Shown here: in pieces, positions 9,446-18,142 of the stretch
Layout: each line of letters starts with the position of its first letter
Position numbering within the stretch: position 1 is the stretch's first letter
NCBI GenBank assembly: GCA_015478725.1
Contig: JADMIG010000006.1
Span: forward strand, 19,781 to 83,780
From: Chloroflexota bacterium
Lineage (GTDB): Bacteria; Chloroflexota; Limnocylindria; Limnocylindrales; CSP1-4
Length of the DNA stretch: 64,000 bases
Direction of reading: 5' to 3'
The notes under the pieces: generated by a model
What the model saw: only the letters and a program-made list of their open reading frames with translations
Databases searched by the model: none
What the model was told of the DNA's origin: nothing
Translations under genes and position numbers: made by a program

Positions 9446-10531
9446 ATGAAGAGCGACCATCCGAACGGAAAGGGACAAAAGGCGGTCAGCAACGCGAAGG
9501 TCGCGCCCCGGAGGGTGGCCTCGGCCGCTCATCGAGCGCTGGATGCGGACCAGACGTCGGCTGATGCGGACCAGTCGTCAGCAGACGCCGACCAGACGCT
9601 CGCCGACACCGACCAGATCGCCTCGGCGTCCGACCAGACGAGCGCCGATCGCGACCAGCACGCCTCGGACCACGACCAGGCGGCCGCAGATCGCGAACGT
9701 GCCGCGCATCACAACCTGGACACCGCGGAGCAGAGCGCCTTCGACGCCTCGCGCAACGAGCGACAGACGGGATCCTTCGAGCGTCTCGGGAACCGACTCG
9801 ATCGTGCGGGCACGGCGCGCCACCGTGACGCGACCGCCAACGACCGAGATCGCATCGCGGGCGTTCGCGACCAGACTGGTCGCGCCCGCGATGCGCGAAC
9901 AGCCGTCCTGACCCGGGTCGGGGCCATGCCCGAGGCCTCCCTGGCGAAACGGCTCGAAGAGCTGCGTGCACGGGCCGCTGCCGATCGGGCGCGAGCGGCC
10001 GCAGATCGCGAGCGGGCAGCCGCGGACCGTGCAGCGTTCGCGCAGGAGCGGGCCCGCCTCGAGGCGGAGCTCCGCTCAGCCCACCTCGACGAGCTGACCG
10101 GTGCGTACCGCCGTGAGATGGGTCGACTCGCGCTCTCTCACGAGATCGACCGGGCGCGACGTTCGGACGGTCGGTTCGTCCTCGCCTTCGTCGACGTCGA
10201 CCGCCTCAAGGTCGTGAACGATCGCGACGGCCACGCAGCGGGCGATCGGGTCCTGCAGACCGTGGTGGACGCGATCCGCACGAGGCTGCGTTCCTTCGAC
10301 CCGATCGTCCGCTACGGCGGCGACGAATTCGTCTGCGGGCTCGGTGGGACGGATCTTGCCGAAGCGAAGCGCCGGTTCACCGCGATCGGCGTCGCGATCG
10401 AGGCGAACGCTCGCGTCGGCATCAGTGTCGGGTTTGCCGCGCTCGGGGAGGGCGACACCCCGGAGCAGCTTACGGAGCGGGCGGACGCTGCCATGCTCAA
10501 GGTCAAGGCCGTGCATCACGCGGTGACGTAG
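9446..10531 (+). CDS. diguanylate cyclase (GGDEF) with N-terminal heptad-repeat/coiled-coil region
   Basis: RYGGDEF active site and an RxxD-like I-site region. The N-terminus has about 7 repeats of xADxDQ(T/S) and RAAADRxRAAADRERAAADR. Confidence 0.85.
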   Translation: MKSDHPNGKGQKAVSNAKVAPRRVASAAHRALDADQTSADADQSSADADQTLADTDQIASASDQTSADRDQHASDHDQAAADRERAAHHNLDTAEQSAFDASRNERQTGSFERLGNRLDRAGTARHRDATANDRDRIAGVRDQTGRARDARTAVLTRVGAMPEASLAKRLEELRARAAADRARAAADRERAAADRAAFAQERARLEAELRSAHLDELTGAYRREMGRLALSHEIDRARRSDGRFVLAFVDVDRLKVVNDRDGHAAGDRVLQTVVDAIRTRLRSFDPIVRYGGDEFVCGLGGTDLAEAKRRFTAIGVAIEANARVGISVGFAALGEGDTPEQLTERADAAMLKVKAVHHAVT

Positions 10532-11783
10532 CGCGCTCGGCCGTGGCGAGCACGGCATCCGGCGTCCGGCGGCCGACCAGAAGATAGGTTCGCCGTCGGC
10601 CCTTCCCCTTCACCTCGATCTCACCGCGATCCTCGAACTCGTACCGCTCGCGCAGGCGCCGCTGGGTCCCTTCGGTCACCTGGATCCGGCCCGGCAGGCC
10701 ATGGGACTCCATCCGGCTCGCCGTGTTCACGGTGTCGCCCCAGAGGTCGTAGGTGAACTTGTGGCGACCGATGACCCCGGCGATGACCGGTCCGCTGTCC
10801 ATGCCGATCCGGATCGCGATGTCGATCTCGAGCACCGCGGCCAGATCGCTGAGCGTCGCCTGCATGTCGAGCGCCATCTCCGCCATCGCTGTGGCATGGT
10901 CTGGCCTCGGCTCCGGCAGCCCGGAGGCGACCATGTACGCGTCTCCGATCGTCTTGATCTTCTCCAGGCCATGGCGCTCGGCGAGCCCGTCGAAGGCGCT
11001 GAAGATCTCGTCGAGCACGCCCACCACCCGCTCGGGCTCGGTCCGCTCCGTGAACGCGGTGAAGTCGACGACATCGGCGAAGAGGACCGTCACCTCCTCG
11101 TGTGCTTCGGCGATGACGCCACGCTCGCGCTTGAGCCGTTCGGCGATGACTCTCGGAAGGACGTTGAGGAGGAGGCCGTCCGACCGCGCGAATGCTTCGT
11201 CCCGGGCTCGGACCGCGTACTGGAGCAGGGCGTAGGCGGTGAGCGACACGCCCGCTACGTTGAGGACGAAGAACGCGATGCGGACGCCGTCCGGGATCCC
11301 GGCCGGATGCGCCGACAGGGCCGGGTCGAGCAGACCCGAGAGCACCGTCAGGCCAAGGAACGCGACGAACCACGGAACGGACTCGTCGGCGGTGAAGAAG
11401 AAGAGCGTCCCGATCGCCGCCACGAGGGCCCACAGGCTGACCGCGCTCGAGGCGACGTAGCCGCCGAGCGTCCATTGGAGCGCGAACGGCAGGAGGGACA
11501 TCATCGTCGCCTGGCTGAAGCGGAAGAACGGATAGCTCTTCGTGCGGGCGAAGACGACGAGACTGGCCACGGAAGCGATCTGATAGGCGAACGGGATCGC
11601 GGCCGCCTGGACGAGGCCGAGGACCAGGTACGTCCCGACCCAGGCGACCGAGAGGACCGTGATGATCGCCGCGGCAAGGGTCAGGGCGGCCTTCTGGGCA
11701 CGGGTGGCCTCGGTGTCGTTCTCGGCGACGCCGAGGAACGCGAGGCGGCGCGCGGGCCGAATGAGGGACGATCCGAGCCGCAT
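10503..11783 (-). CDS. membrane-anchored class III adenylate/guanylate cyclase (6TM + CHD)
   Basis: Six N-terminal hydrophobic helices followed by VTVLFADVVDFT...IKTIGDAYM...GDTVNTASRMES cyclase motifs. Its 3' end overlaps the GGDEF gene by 29 bp (convergent). Confidence 0.85.
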   Translation of the reverse strand: MRLGSSLIRPARRLAFLGVAENDTEATRAQKAALTLAAAIITVLSVAWVGTYLVLGLVQAAAIPFAYQIASVASLVVFARTKSYPFFRFSQATMMSLLPFALQWTLGGYVASSAVSLWALVAAIGTLFFFTADESVPWFVAFLGLTVLSGLLDPALSAHPAGIPDGVRIAFFVLNVAGVSLTAYALLQYAVRARDEAFARSDGLLLNVLPRVIAERLKRERGVIAEAHEEVTVLFADVVDFTAFTERTEPERVVGVLDEIFSAFDGLAERHGLEKIKTIGDAYMVASGLPEPRPDHATAMAEMALDMQATLSDLAAVLEIDIAIRIGMDSGPVIAGVIGRHKFTYDLWGDTVNTASRMESHGLPGRIQVTEGTQRRLRERYEFEDRGEIEVKGKGRRRTYLLVGRRTPDAVLATAERATSPRDARP

Positions 11784-11865
11784 GCGCCGGAGTATGCGTC
11801 GCGCTGCCAGGCTCGGAACGCGCGACGGGACACCGAGCCGGCTCCGAACTTCCGCGTGACCGCGA

Positions 11866-13017
11866 TCAGACCAGCTCGAGCATCCCGACCCGGGCCGGCT
11901 CCGGGCGAACGGCGGACCCGCCGGCGCCGTTGGCCATCCGCTGCCGGCTCAGCGACAGGGCGAGGAGCGCCGCCCCCTGCGCCACCGCAGCTTCGTCGAG
12001 CAGCGAGGGCAGGAGCCGCGGCGGGAAGGGGACGCTCGAGCGGAGGCGGTCCGCCAGCGGCTCGACGAGCGCCGCCCCGTTCCGGGCCAGACCGCCGCCG
12101 ACGATGATGACCTGCGGATCGAGGAGCGCCGCGACGTTCACCACGAGCTCGCCGAGGGCGTTGACGGCCTCCGCGACCACGGCCCTCGCAACGGCGTCGC
12201 CCGCGGCGGCCAGATGGAAGACCTCCCGGGCTCCGATCGCATCGGACGATCCGTGTGTCCGATGCGCGTACCGGCTGGCGATCGCCCGGCCGGATGCCCG
12301 CTCCTCGAGCCGTCCCGGAGCGAAATACGCGATCGCCCCGGCGGCAGACGCCGCGCCGCGGAGCGGACGGCCGCCGACGATGATGCCTGCGCCCAGGCCG
12401 TATCCGAGGGACAGGAACACGACATCCGTGGAGCCGCGTGCCGCACCGACCGAGGCCTCGCCTACGGCGGCCAGGATGTCGTCGTTGTCGATCGCGACGG
12501 GCATGTCCAGCTCAGCGCCGAGCAACTCCGCGGCGGATGCGCCCTCGAGGCCCGGGAGGTCCGGCGAGAGGAGGACGATGCCCCTGCCGGCATCGACGAT
12601 CCCGGAGATCCCCGCCGCCGCCGCGAGGATCGGGCGGCCGTCGGCGCGGCGGGCGGCGCGGCGGGCGACCCGGCCGATCTCGCGGATGACGCTGGCCGGG
12701 TCGCGCGGGCGACGGACCTCGCCATGCTCCGTGACGACGAGCGTTCCCTCGAGGTCGGCGAGGCTGGCCCGGATCCGCGATCCGCCGGCGTCGATCGCGA
12801 GGAGGTACGCCGCGGACGCCTCGAGCTCGACGACCATCGGGGGACGTCCGAGCGGGACGTGCTCAAGGACTCGCTCGCGGACGAGTCCGCGCCGGCGCAG
12901 GTGGGCGACGGCCCGGCTGATCGTGGCCGGCGAGAGACCGCTCAGCTCGGCGAGCTCTGTCCGCGACGCTCGCTCGTGCTGGCGGAGGAGCTCGAGGACC
13001 GTGACCGCGTGATCCAT
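11866..13017 (-). CDS. ROK family transcriptional regulator (NagC/XylR-like)
   Basis: N-terminal winged HTH (RTELAELSGLSPATISRAV), then a ROK sugar-kinase-like fold with glycine-rich AIDAGGS. Confidence 0.85.
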   Translation of the reverse strand: MDHAVTVLELLRQHERASRTELAELSGLSPATISRAVAHLRRRGLVRERVLEHVPLGRPPMVVELEASAAYLLAIDAGGSRIRASLADLEGTLVVTEHGEVRRPRDPASVIREIGRVARRAARRADGRPILAAAAGISGIVDAGRGIVLLSPDLPGLEGASAAELLGAELDMPVAIDNDDILAAVGEASVGAARGSTDVVFLSLGYGLGAGIIVGGRPLRGAASAAGAIAYFAPGRLEERASGRAIASRYAHRTHGSSDAIGAREVFHLAAAGDAVARAVVAEAVNALGELVVNVAALLDPQVIIVGGGLARNGAALVEPLADRLRSSVPFPPRLLPSLLDEAAVAQGAALLALSLSRQRMANGAGGSAVRPEPARVGMLELV

Positions 13018-13067
13018 CTCCGTCCTTTCGACCCTGGCGGCGTGGATCGATCAGCCGTCCGCTCAGG

Positions 13068-14228
13068 CTATCCGAGGTACGTCTCGATCGTCCGTTCGAG
13101 GATCTCGACTCCCTGGACGATCTCACTGACAGAGACCCATTCGCCGGGGGTATGGAAGTTGCCGCCGAGGGCGCCGTAGCAGAGGGTGGGGATGCCCGCG
13201 CCCTGGGTGAGGCCGGAGTCGCACCAGGCGTTGAGCCCGATCGCCTCGAGCGGCCGTCCGAGCACCCGCTCGGTCGCATTCGCCAGCGCGTCGAGGAGCC
13301 GTTCGTGGCCGGCCGCCCGGAAGGGCTCCCGATCGACCCGCGCGATCACCTCGCCACGGAAGCCAGGGAAGCTCGACCGGACATCGTCGAAGATCGCCTC
13401 GATCTCCCGGATCCGGTCCGTCAGGTGCTCGCCCGGCTGCGTCCCGATCTCGATGCCGAGGACGCAGCGGGTCGGATACGTCGCGTAGTCCGTGCCGCCG
13501 GAGATCGTTCCGGTGTGGAACACGGTTCGCCCGTTGCGGCCACCGTCCCCCTGGCCGAAGCCAGCCCCATCGAGCTCATGGAGCCGCCGCACGACCTCCG
13601 CCATGTGGACGATGGCATCGATCCCCTGCCCTGGATCGGAGCCATGGGCCGCCCGCCCGTGGACCACGATGTCGAGCCAGCCGAAGCCCTGGTGTTCGAC
13701 GACGATCCTGTCGATGCCCTCCGGTTCGAGGATGAGAGTCGCATCCATCGGGTGCCCCGCGATGAGGTGTTGCGTGCCGATCGACGCGCCCTCCTCGTCG
13801 ACCGTGCAGGCGAGGACCAGATCGCCGGCCAGCTTCGTCCGCCGGCCGGCCAGGGCGCGCATCGCGAGCATGCCCATGGCGCACGAGCTCTTGTCGTCTG
13901 CCACGCCGATGCCGATGAGGCGATCGCCGTCGCGGACCGGAACGAGGGCTTCCTCGCGCCAGTTCGCGTAGCCGACGGTGTCCGAATGGGCGTTGAGATA
14001 GAGGTTCGGGCCGCCGCCTGAGCCCCGCAGTCGGACGATGACGTTCGGTCGGCCGGGCTCGACCTCCTCGAGGGTCGCCTCGACAGGCTCGAGGTCCGCG
14101 AACCAGTCGGCGATGTGGCGAGCCACCGCTCCCTCCCCGGCGGCGCCGGGGATGAGCCACGGCGTGACCGAATCGATCCTCACCAGGTCCGAGAGGAGCG
14201 ATTCGACGGCGGCGTCGGTGGTGGGCAC
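13068..14228 (-). CDS. M20 family metallopeptidase (ArgE/DapE/dipeptidase-like)
   Basis: HSDTV, GVADDK and the E..H metal-ligand pattern. The proposed real start is the GTG at 14228, preceded by AAGGAG with a 6-nt spacer. The ORF-track start at 14360 would overlap the upstream ATPase. Confidence 0.8.
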   Translation of the reverse strand: MPTTDAAVESLLSDLVRIDSVTPWLIPGAAGEGAVARHIADWFADLEPVEATLEEVEPGRPNVIVRLRGSGGGPNLYLNAHSDTVGYANWREEALVPVRDGDRLIGIGVADDKSSCAMGMLAMRALAGRRTKLAGDLVLACTVDEEGASIGTQHLIAGHPMDATLILEPEGIDRIVVEHQGFGWLDIVVHGRAAHGSDPGQGIDAIVHMAEVVRRLHELDGAGFGQGDGGRNGRTVFHTGTISGGTDYATYPTRCVLGIEIGTQPGEHLTDRIREIEAIFDDVRSSFPGFRGEVIARVDREPFRAAGHERLLDALANATERVLGRPLEAIGLNAWCDSGLTQGAGIPTLCYGALGGNFHTPGEWVSVSEIVQGVEILERTIETYLG

Positions 14229-14239
14229 GGGGGTCTCCT

Positions 14240-15280
14240 TCAGGCGAAGTGGCAGGCCACGGCGTGATCGCCGGGTCCTTCGAGGCGTGGGTCGTCCGTC
14301 TCGCAGCGAGACGGGTCGCCGAGCTCCCGGCGAAGCGGGCAGCGGCTCTGGAAGCGACACCCGCGCGGGATGTCGGTCGGCGAGGGAGCCTCACCGCTCA
14401 GGATCGTCCGGCCGGTCCGCTCACCCGGTTCGGGGATGGGCACGACGGACACGAGTGCCTTCGTGTACGGGTGACGCGGTCTGCCGATGACAGCATCCGT
14501 GGGTCCGATCTCGACGATCCGGCCCAGGTAGACCACCGCGATCCGGTCGGCGATGACCCAGGCAAGCGACAGGTCATGGGTGATGAACAGGTAGGTCAGC
14601 CCATGCGTCGTCCTCAACTCCAGCATGAGCCGCAGGATCTCCGCCCGGACCGACACGTCGAGCATCGAGACCGGCTCGTCCGCGACGACGAAATCCGGCT
14701 CCAGGACGAGGGTCGCCGCGATCGCGACCCGCTGCCGCTGCCCGCCCGAGAGATGGTGCGGATAGCGGCGCCCGATCTGCTCGGGTGGATGCAGGCCGGC
14801 GGCCGCGAGGGCCGCGTGGACGATCCGCCGGCGGTCCGCCTCGGCCGGAGCGAGACCGTGGATGATGAGCGGTTCGGCCACGATCTCGTACACCGTCTGC
14901 CGCGGATCGAGCGACTCGTACGGGTCCTGGAAGACGAGCTGGATCTTCTGACGGAGGCGACGCAGCGCGCGTCCCCGGACCCGGGTCAGATCCTGCCCGC
15001 GATAGATGATCTGCCCCCCTGTCGCTCGTTCCAGGTGCAGGAGGGCGCGGGCGATGGTCGTCTTGCCACACCCCGATTCGCCGACGAGGGCGAGGACCTC
15101 GCCCGGGAGGATCTCGAAGCTCACGCCGTCGACCGCCCGGACGACCCGGCCCGGGCGACCCAGGCCGCCGAACCCGCTCCGCAGGGGGAAGTGCACCTCG
15201 AGGTCCCGGATCGCGATGAGCGGTTCGGGTCGCGTCGCCGATGCGGACGCGGATGGTGCAGGCATGGATGTTTCACTCAT
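14240..15280 (-). CDS. oligopeptide/dipeptide ABC transporter ATP-binding protein (OppF/DppF-type)
   Basis: Walker A GESGCGKTT, LSGGQRQR signature, C-terminal oligopeptide-ABC extension. Confidence 0.9.
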   Translation of the reverse strand: MSETSMPAPSASASATRPEPLIAIRDLEVHFPLRSGFGGLGRPGRVVRAVDGVSFEILPGEVLALVGESGCGKTTIARALLHLERATGGQIIYRGQDLTRVRGRALRRLRQKIQLVFQDPYESLDPRQTVYEIVAEPLIIHGLAPAEADRRRIVHAALAAAGLHPPEQIGRRYPHHLSGGQRQRVAIAATLVLEPDFVVADEPVSMLDVSVRAEILRLMLELRTTHGLTYLFITHDLSLAWVIADRIAVVYLGRIVEIGPTDAVIGRPRHPYTKALVSVVPIPEPGERTGRTILSGEAPSPTDIPRGCRFQSRCPLRRELGDPSRCETDDPRLEGPGDHAVACHFA

Positions 15281-16262
15281 GGATGATCTCGGCCGGGACG
15301 GTTCCGCCGGCCGTCGCGAGGTGGCAGGCGACGGTGTGTCCGGCCGCCATGGGGCGGAGCAGGGGCGCTTCGACGCGACACCGCTCGATCGCGAGCGGGC
15401 AGCGGTCCGCGAAGGGGCACCCGGACGGCGGCTCGATGAGATCGGGTGGGTGCCCCGGGATCCCGGCCACGAACGCTCGATCGGCCCGGATGTTCGGAAA
15501 CGCGTGGAGCAGCGCCTGCGTGTAGGGATGCTTCGGGTTTCGGTAGACCTGCTCCGCGCTCCCCTGCTCGGCGAGACGGCCGGCGTACATGATGGCGACC
15601 CGGTCGCACGTCTCGGCGATCACGGACAGGTCGTGCGAGATGAGGATCATCGCCAGGCCCAGCTCCCGGCGGAGGTTCCGGAGAAGATCGAGGATCTGGG
15701 CCTGGATCATCACATCGAGCGCGGTCACGGGCTCGTCCGCGATCACCACCCGTGGTCGGCAGGCGAGCGCCATCGCGATCATCGCCCGCTGGCGCATCCC
15801 GCCGCTGTACTCGTGGGGATACTGGCGCGCCCGGTCGCGGGCAAGCCCGACGAGGTCGAACAGCTCGAGGACACGCGCCTCGGCGGCGGCCGAGCTCGTC
15901 GCGGGTTCGTGGTAGCGGATCGGCTCGCGGATCTGGGAGCCGACCGATTCGACCGGGTTGAGCGCGTTCATCGCGCCCTGGAAGACGACCGAGATGTCGC
16001 GCCATCGGCGGCGCTCCATGGCCCGCTCGCTGAGCGTCAGGAGATCCTCGCCGTCGAACACGATCTGACCGGTCACCGTCGCGCTCGCCGGCAGCAGGCG
16101 CGGGATCGCGAGTGCCGCGGTGGTCTTCCCGCACCCCGACTCGCCGGCCAGGCCGAGCGCCTCTCCGGGTTCGAGCCGCAGGCTCAGCCCATCGACCGCC
16201 CGGACCTCACCGTCCGAGGTGGCGTAGCCGACCCGCAGGTCGCGGAGCTCGAGCAGGCTCAT
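15273..16262 (-). CDS. oligopeptide/dipeptide ABC transporter ATP-binding protein (OppD/DppD-type)
   Basis: Internal start MSLLELRDL..; GESGCGKTT; YSGGMRQR; the C-terminal CPFADRC motif. The ORF-track extension to 17159 is the shadow of the permease gene. Confidence 0.9.
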   Translation of the reverse strand: MSLLELRDLRVGYATSDGEVRAVDGLSLRLEPGEALGLAGESGCGKTTAALAIPRLLPASATVTGQIVFDGEDLLTLSERAMERRRWRDISVVFQGAMNALNPVESVGSQIREPIRYHEPATSSAAAEARVLELFDLVGLARDRARQYPHEYSGGMRQRAMIAMALACRPRVVIADEPVTALDVMIQAQILDLLRNLRRELGLAMILISHDLSVIAETCDRVAIMYAGRLAEQGSAEQVYRNPKHPYTQALLHAFPNIRADRAFVAGIPGHPPDLIEPPSGCPFADRCPLAIERCRVEAPLLRPMAAGHTVACHLATAGGTVPAEIIHE

Positions 16263-17143
16263 CAGCGGATCCTCAGGCGCGGATTGACGATCCGATCGAG
16301 GGTGTGACCCACGAGCGTGAACCCGAGGACGACGATGACGATCCCGATCCCCGGCGGCAGCAGATACCACCACGCGCCGCGACCGGCGGCGCCGGCCTCG
16401 AAGGCGAAGTGGAGCATCGTGCCCCACGAGACGTGGACGGGATCTCCGAGGCCGAGGAAGGCGAGGGTCGCCTCGGAGAGGATCGAACCGGCGATGACGA
16501 GCACCGTGTTGGCGAAGACGAGGGGCAGGACGTTGGGCAGGATGTGGACACCGACGATCCGGAGGTCGCTCGCGCCGAGTCCCCGGACCCGCTCGATGAA
16601 GGTCCGCTCGCGAAGGCTCAGCACCTGGGAGCGGACGATCCGGGCCGTGGAGGCCCAGCTCGTCAGCCCGATCACGAGGATGATGATCGCCAGGCTCTGC
16701 CCGAAGAGGGCAGCCAGGACGATGATGAGGGGCAGGGTCGGGAGGACGAGGAAGAAGTCCGTGAACCGCATGAGGGCGGTCACCCCGACGCCCCGGAAAT
16801 AGCCGCCGACGAGGCCGACGATCGTGCCGACGATCATCGAGATCGCCGTCGCGAGGAGCCCCACGACGAGGGACACCTGGGACCCCGCGATGGTCTCCCG
16901 AAAGACATCCCGACCCAGCTCGTCCGTCCCGAGCAGGTGCGCGGCACTCGGGGGCTCGAAGATGCTCGCCGCCGTGGACCCGACCTGAGCCGGATCGAAG
17001 GGCAGCACCACCGGCCCCACGATGGCAGCCAGGATGGTCGCGGCGAGGAGCACCAGGCCGGCCCGGCCGAGCGGATCGGACCAGGCCAGGCGGGCGACCC
17101 TCGCCGAGTCGCGCCAGGCCCGGGCCCAGCGTTCGCGGTCCAT
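16262..17143 (-). CDS. peptide ABC transporter permease (DppC/OppC-type)
   Basis: 293 aa, 6 TM, EAA-like loop. Its stop overlaps the downstream ATPase start. Confidence 0.9.
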   Translation of the reverse strand: MDRERWARAWRDSARVARLAWSDPLGRAGLVLLAATILAAIVGPVVLPFDPAQVGSTAASIFEPPSAAHLLGTDELGRDVFRETIAGSQVSLVVGLLATAISMIVGTIVGLVGGYFRGVGVTALMRFTDFFLVLPTLPLIIVLAALFGQSLAIIILVIGLTSWASTARIVRSQVLSLRERTFIERVRGLGASDLRIVGVHILPNVLPLVFANTVLVIAGSILSEATLAFLGLGDPVHVSWGTMLHFAFEAGAAGRGAWWYLLPPGIGIVIVVLGFTLVGHTLDRIVNPRLRIR

Positions 17144-18117
17144 CAGACGTCCCGCACACGAGGGTCGAGGGAGTAGTAGAGGAGGTCGCTGGCCAGGTTC
17201 GTCAGGATGACGACCACGGCGAAGATGAAGAAGCTCGCCTCGAGGATCGGATAGTCGCGCTGGAGGACGGCGTCGTAGATCAGCCGGCCCATGCCGGGCC
17301 AGGAGAAGACGGTCTCGACCTGGATCGTGCCGCCGATCACGAGCCCCACGTACAGGGCGCTCGCGGTGGCGACCGGCAGGAGCGCGTTGCGGACTCCGTG
17401 ACGCCAGAGGATCCGGCGCCGGCTCAGGCCCTTGGCCCGGGCGGTGAGCATGAAGTCCTCGGTCAGCACGTCGATGAGCGAGCTGCGGGTGATGAGGACG
17501 AACTGGCCGATGTCGACGAGGACGAGGGTCAGGGTGGGCAGGACGAGGTGGCGGGCCAGGTCGACCGCGTGCTGGAGCGGCGACTGGACGAAGAATCCGG
17601 GAGCCCCCATGCCGGAGATCGGGAAGGCCCGGAAGTAGACGCCGAGGACGATGATGAGGATGAGGCCCGTCCAGAACGTCGGCAGGCTCCAGAAGAAGAG
17701 GGAGCCGATGACCGTCCCGGCATCGAGCCTGGATCCTCGTCGCGAGGCGGCGAAGACGCCGGCGACCACCCCGACGACGATGACGATGACCGTCGCCGCG
17801 GCGAGGAGCAGCACGGTGTTTGCGATCCGCTCGGCGAGGATGCCGAACACGGGCTGCCGGTAGGTGAGCGACATGCCGAGGTCGCCCGTCATGAGGTTCT
17901 TCAGGTAGATCAGGTACTGGACCGGGAGCGGCTGGTCCAGCCCGAACAACTGGTGGAGGCGAGCGATCTCCTCCGGCGCCAGGTGCCCGGACCGGGCGAG
18001 CAGGCGGATCGGGTCACCCGGCAGGATCCGGAAGAGGATGAAGTTGAACGTCGCGACGGCGTACAGGGTGAGCGCTACCTGGACGAGCTTCCTGCCCAGG
18101 TAGCGCCAGCGTCGCAT
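17143..18117 (-). CDS. peptide ABC transporter permease (DppB/OppB-type)
   Basis: 324 aa, 6 TM, BPD_transp_1 pattern. Translationally coupled to the next permease. Confidence 0.9.
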   Translation of the reverse strand: MRRWRYLGRKLVQVALTLYAVATFNFILFRILPGDPIRLLARSGHLAPEEIARLHQLFGLDQPLPVQYLIYLKNLMTGDLGMSLTYRQPVFGILAERIANTVLLLAAATVIVIVVGVVAGVFAASRRGSRLDAGTVIGSLFFWSLPTFWTGLILIIVLGVYFRAFPISGMGAPGFFVQSPLQHAVDLARHLVLPTLTLVLVDIGQFVLITRSSLIDVLTEDFMLTARAKGLSRRRILWRHGVRNALLPVATASALYVGLVIGGTIQVETVFSWPGMGRLIYDAVLQRDYPILEASFFIFAVVVILTNLASDLLYYSLDPRVRDV

Positions 18118-18142
18118 CGCGGGGTCGCGATCCGTGCCTGCT

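Noticed and set aside
10701-12107. 468-aa plus-strand ORF across the adenylyl cyclase and ROK genes
   Set aside because: Asp/Glu/Arg-rich shadow frame opposite two motif-bearing genes.
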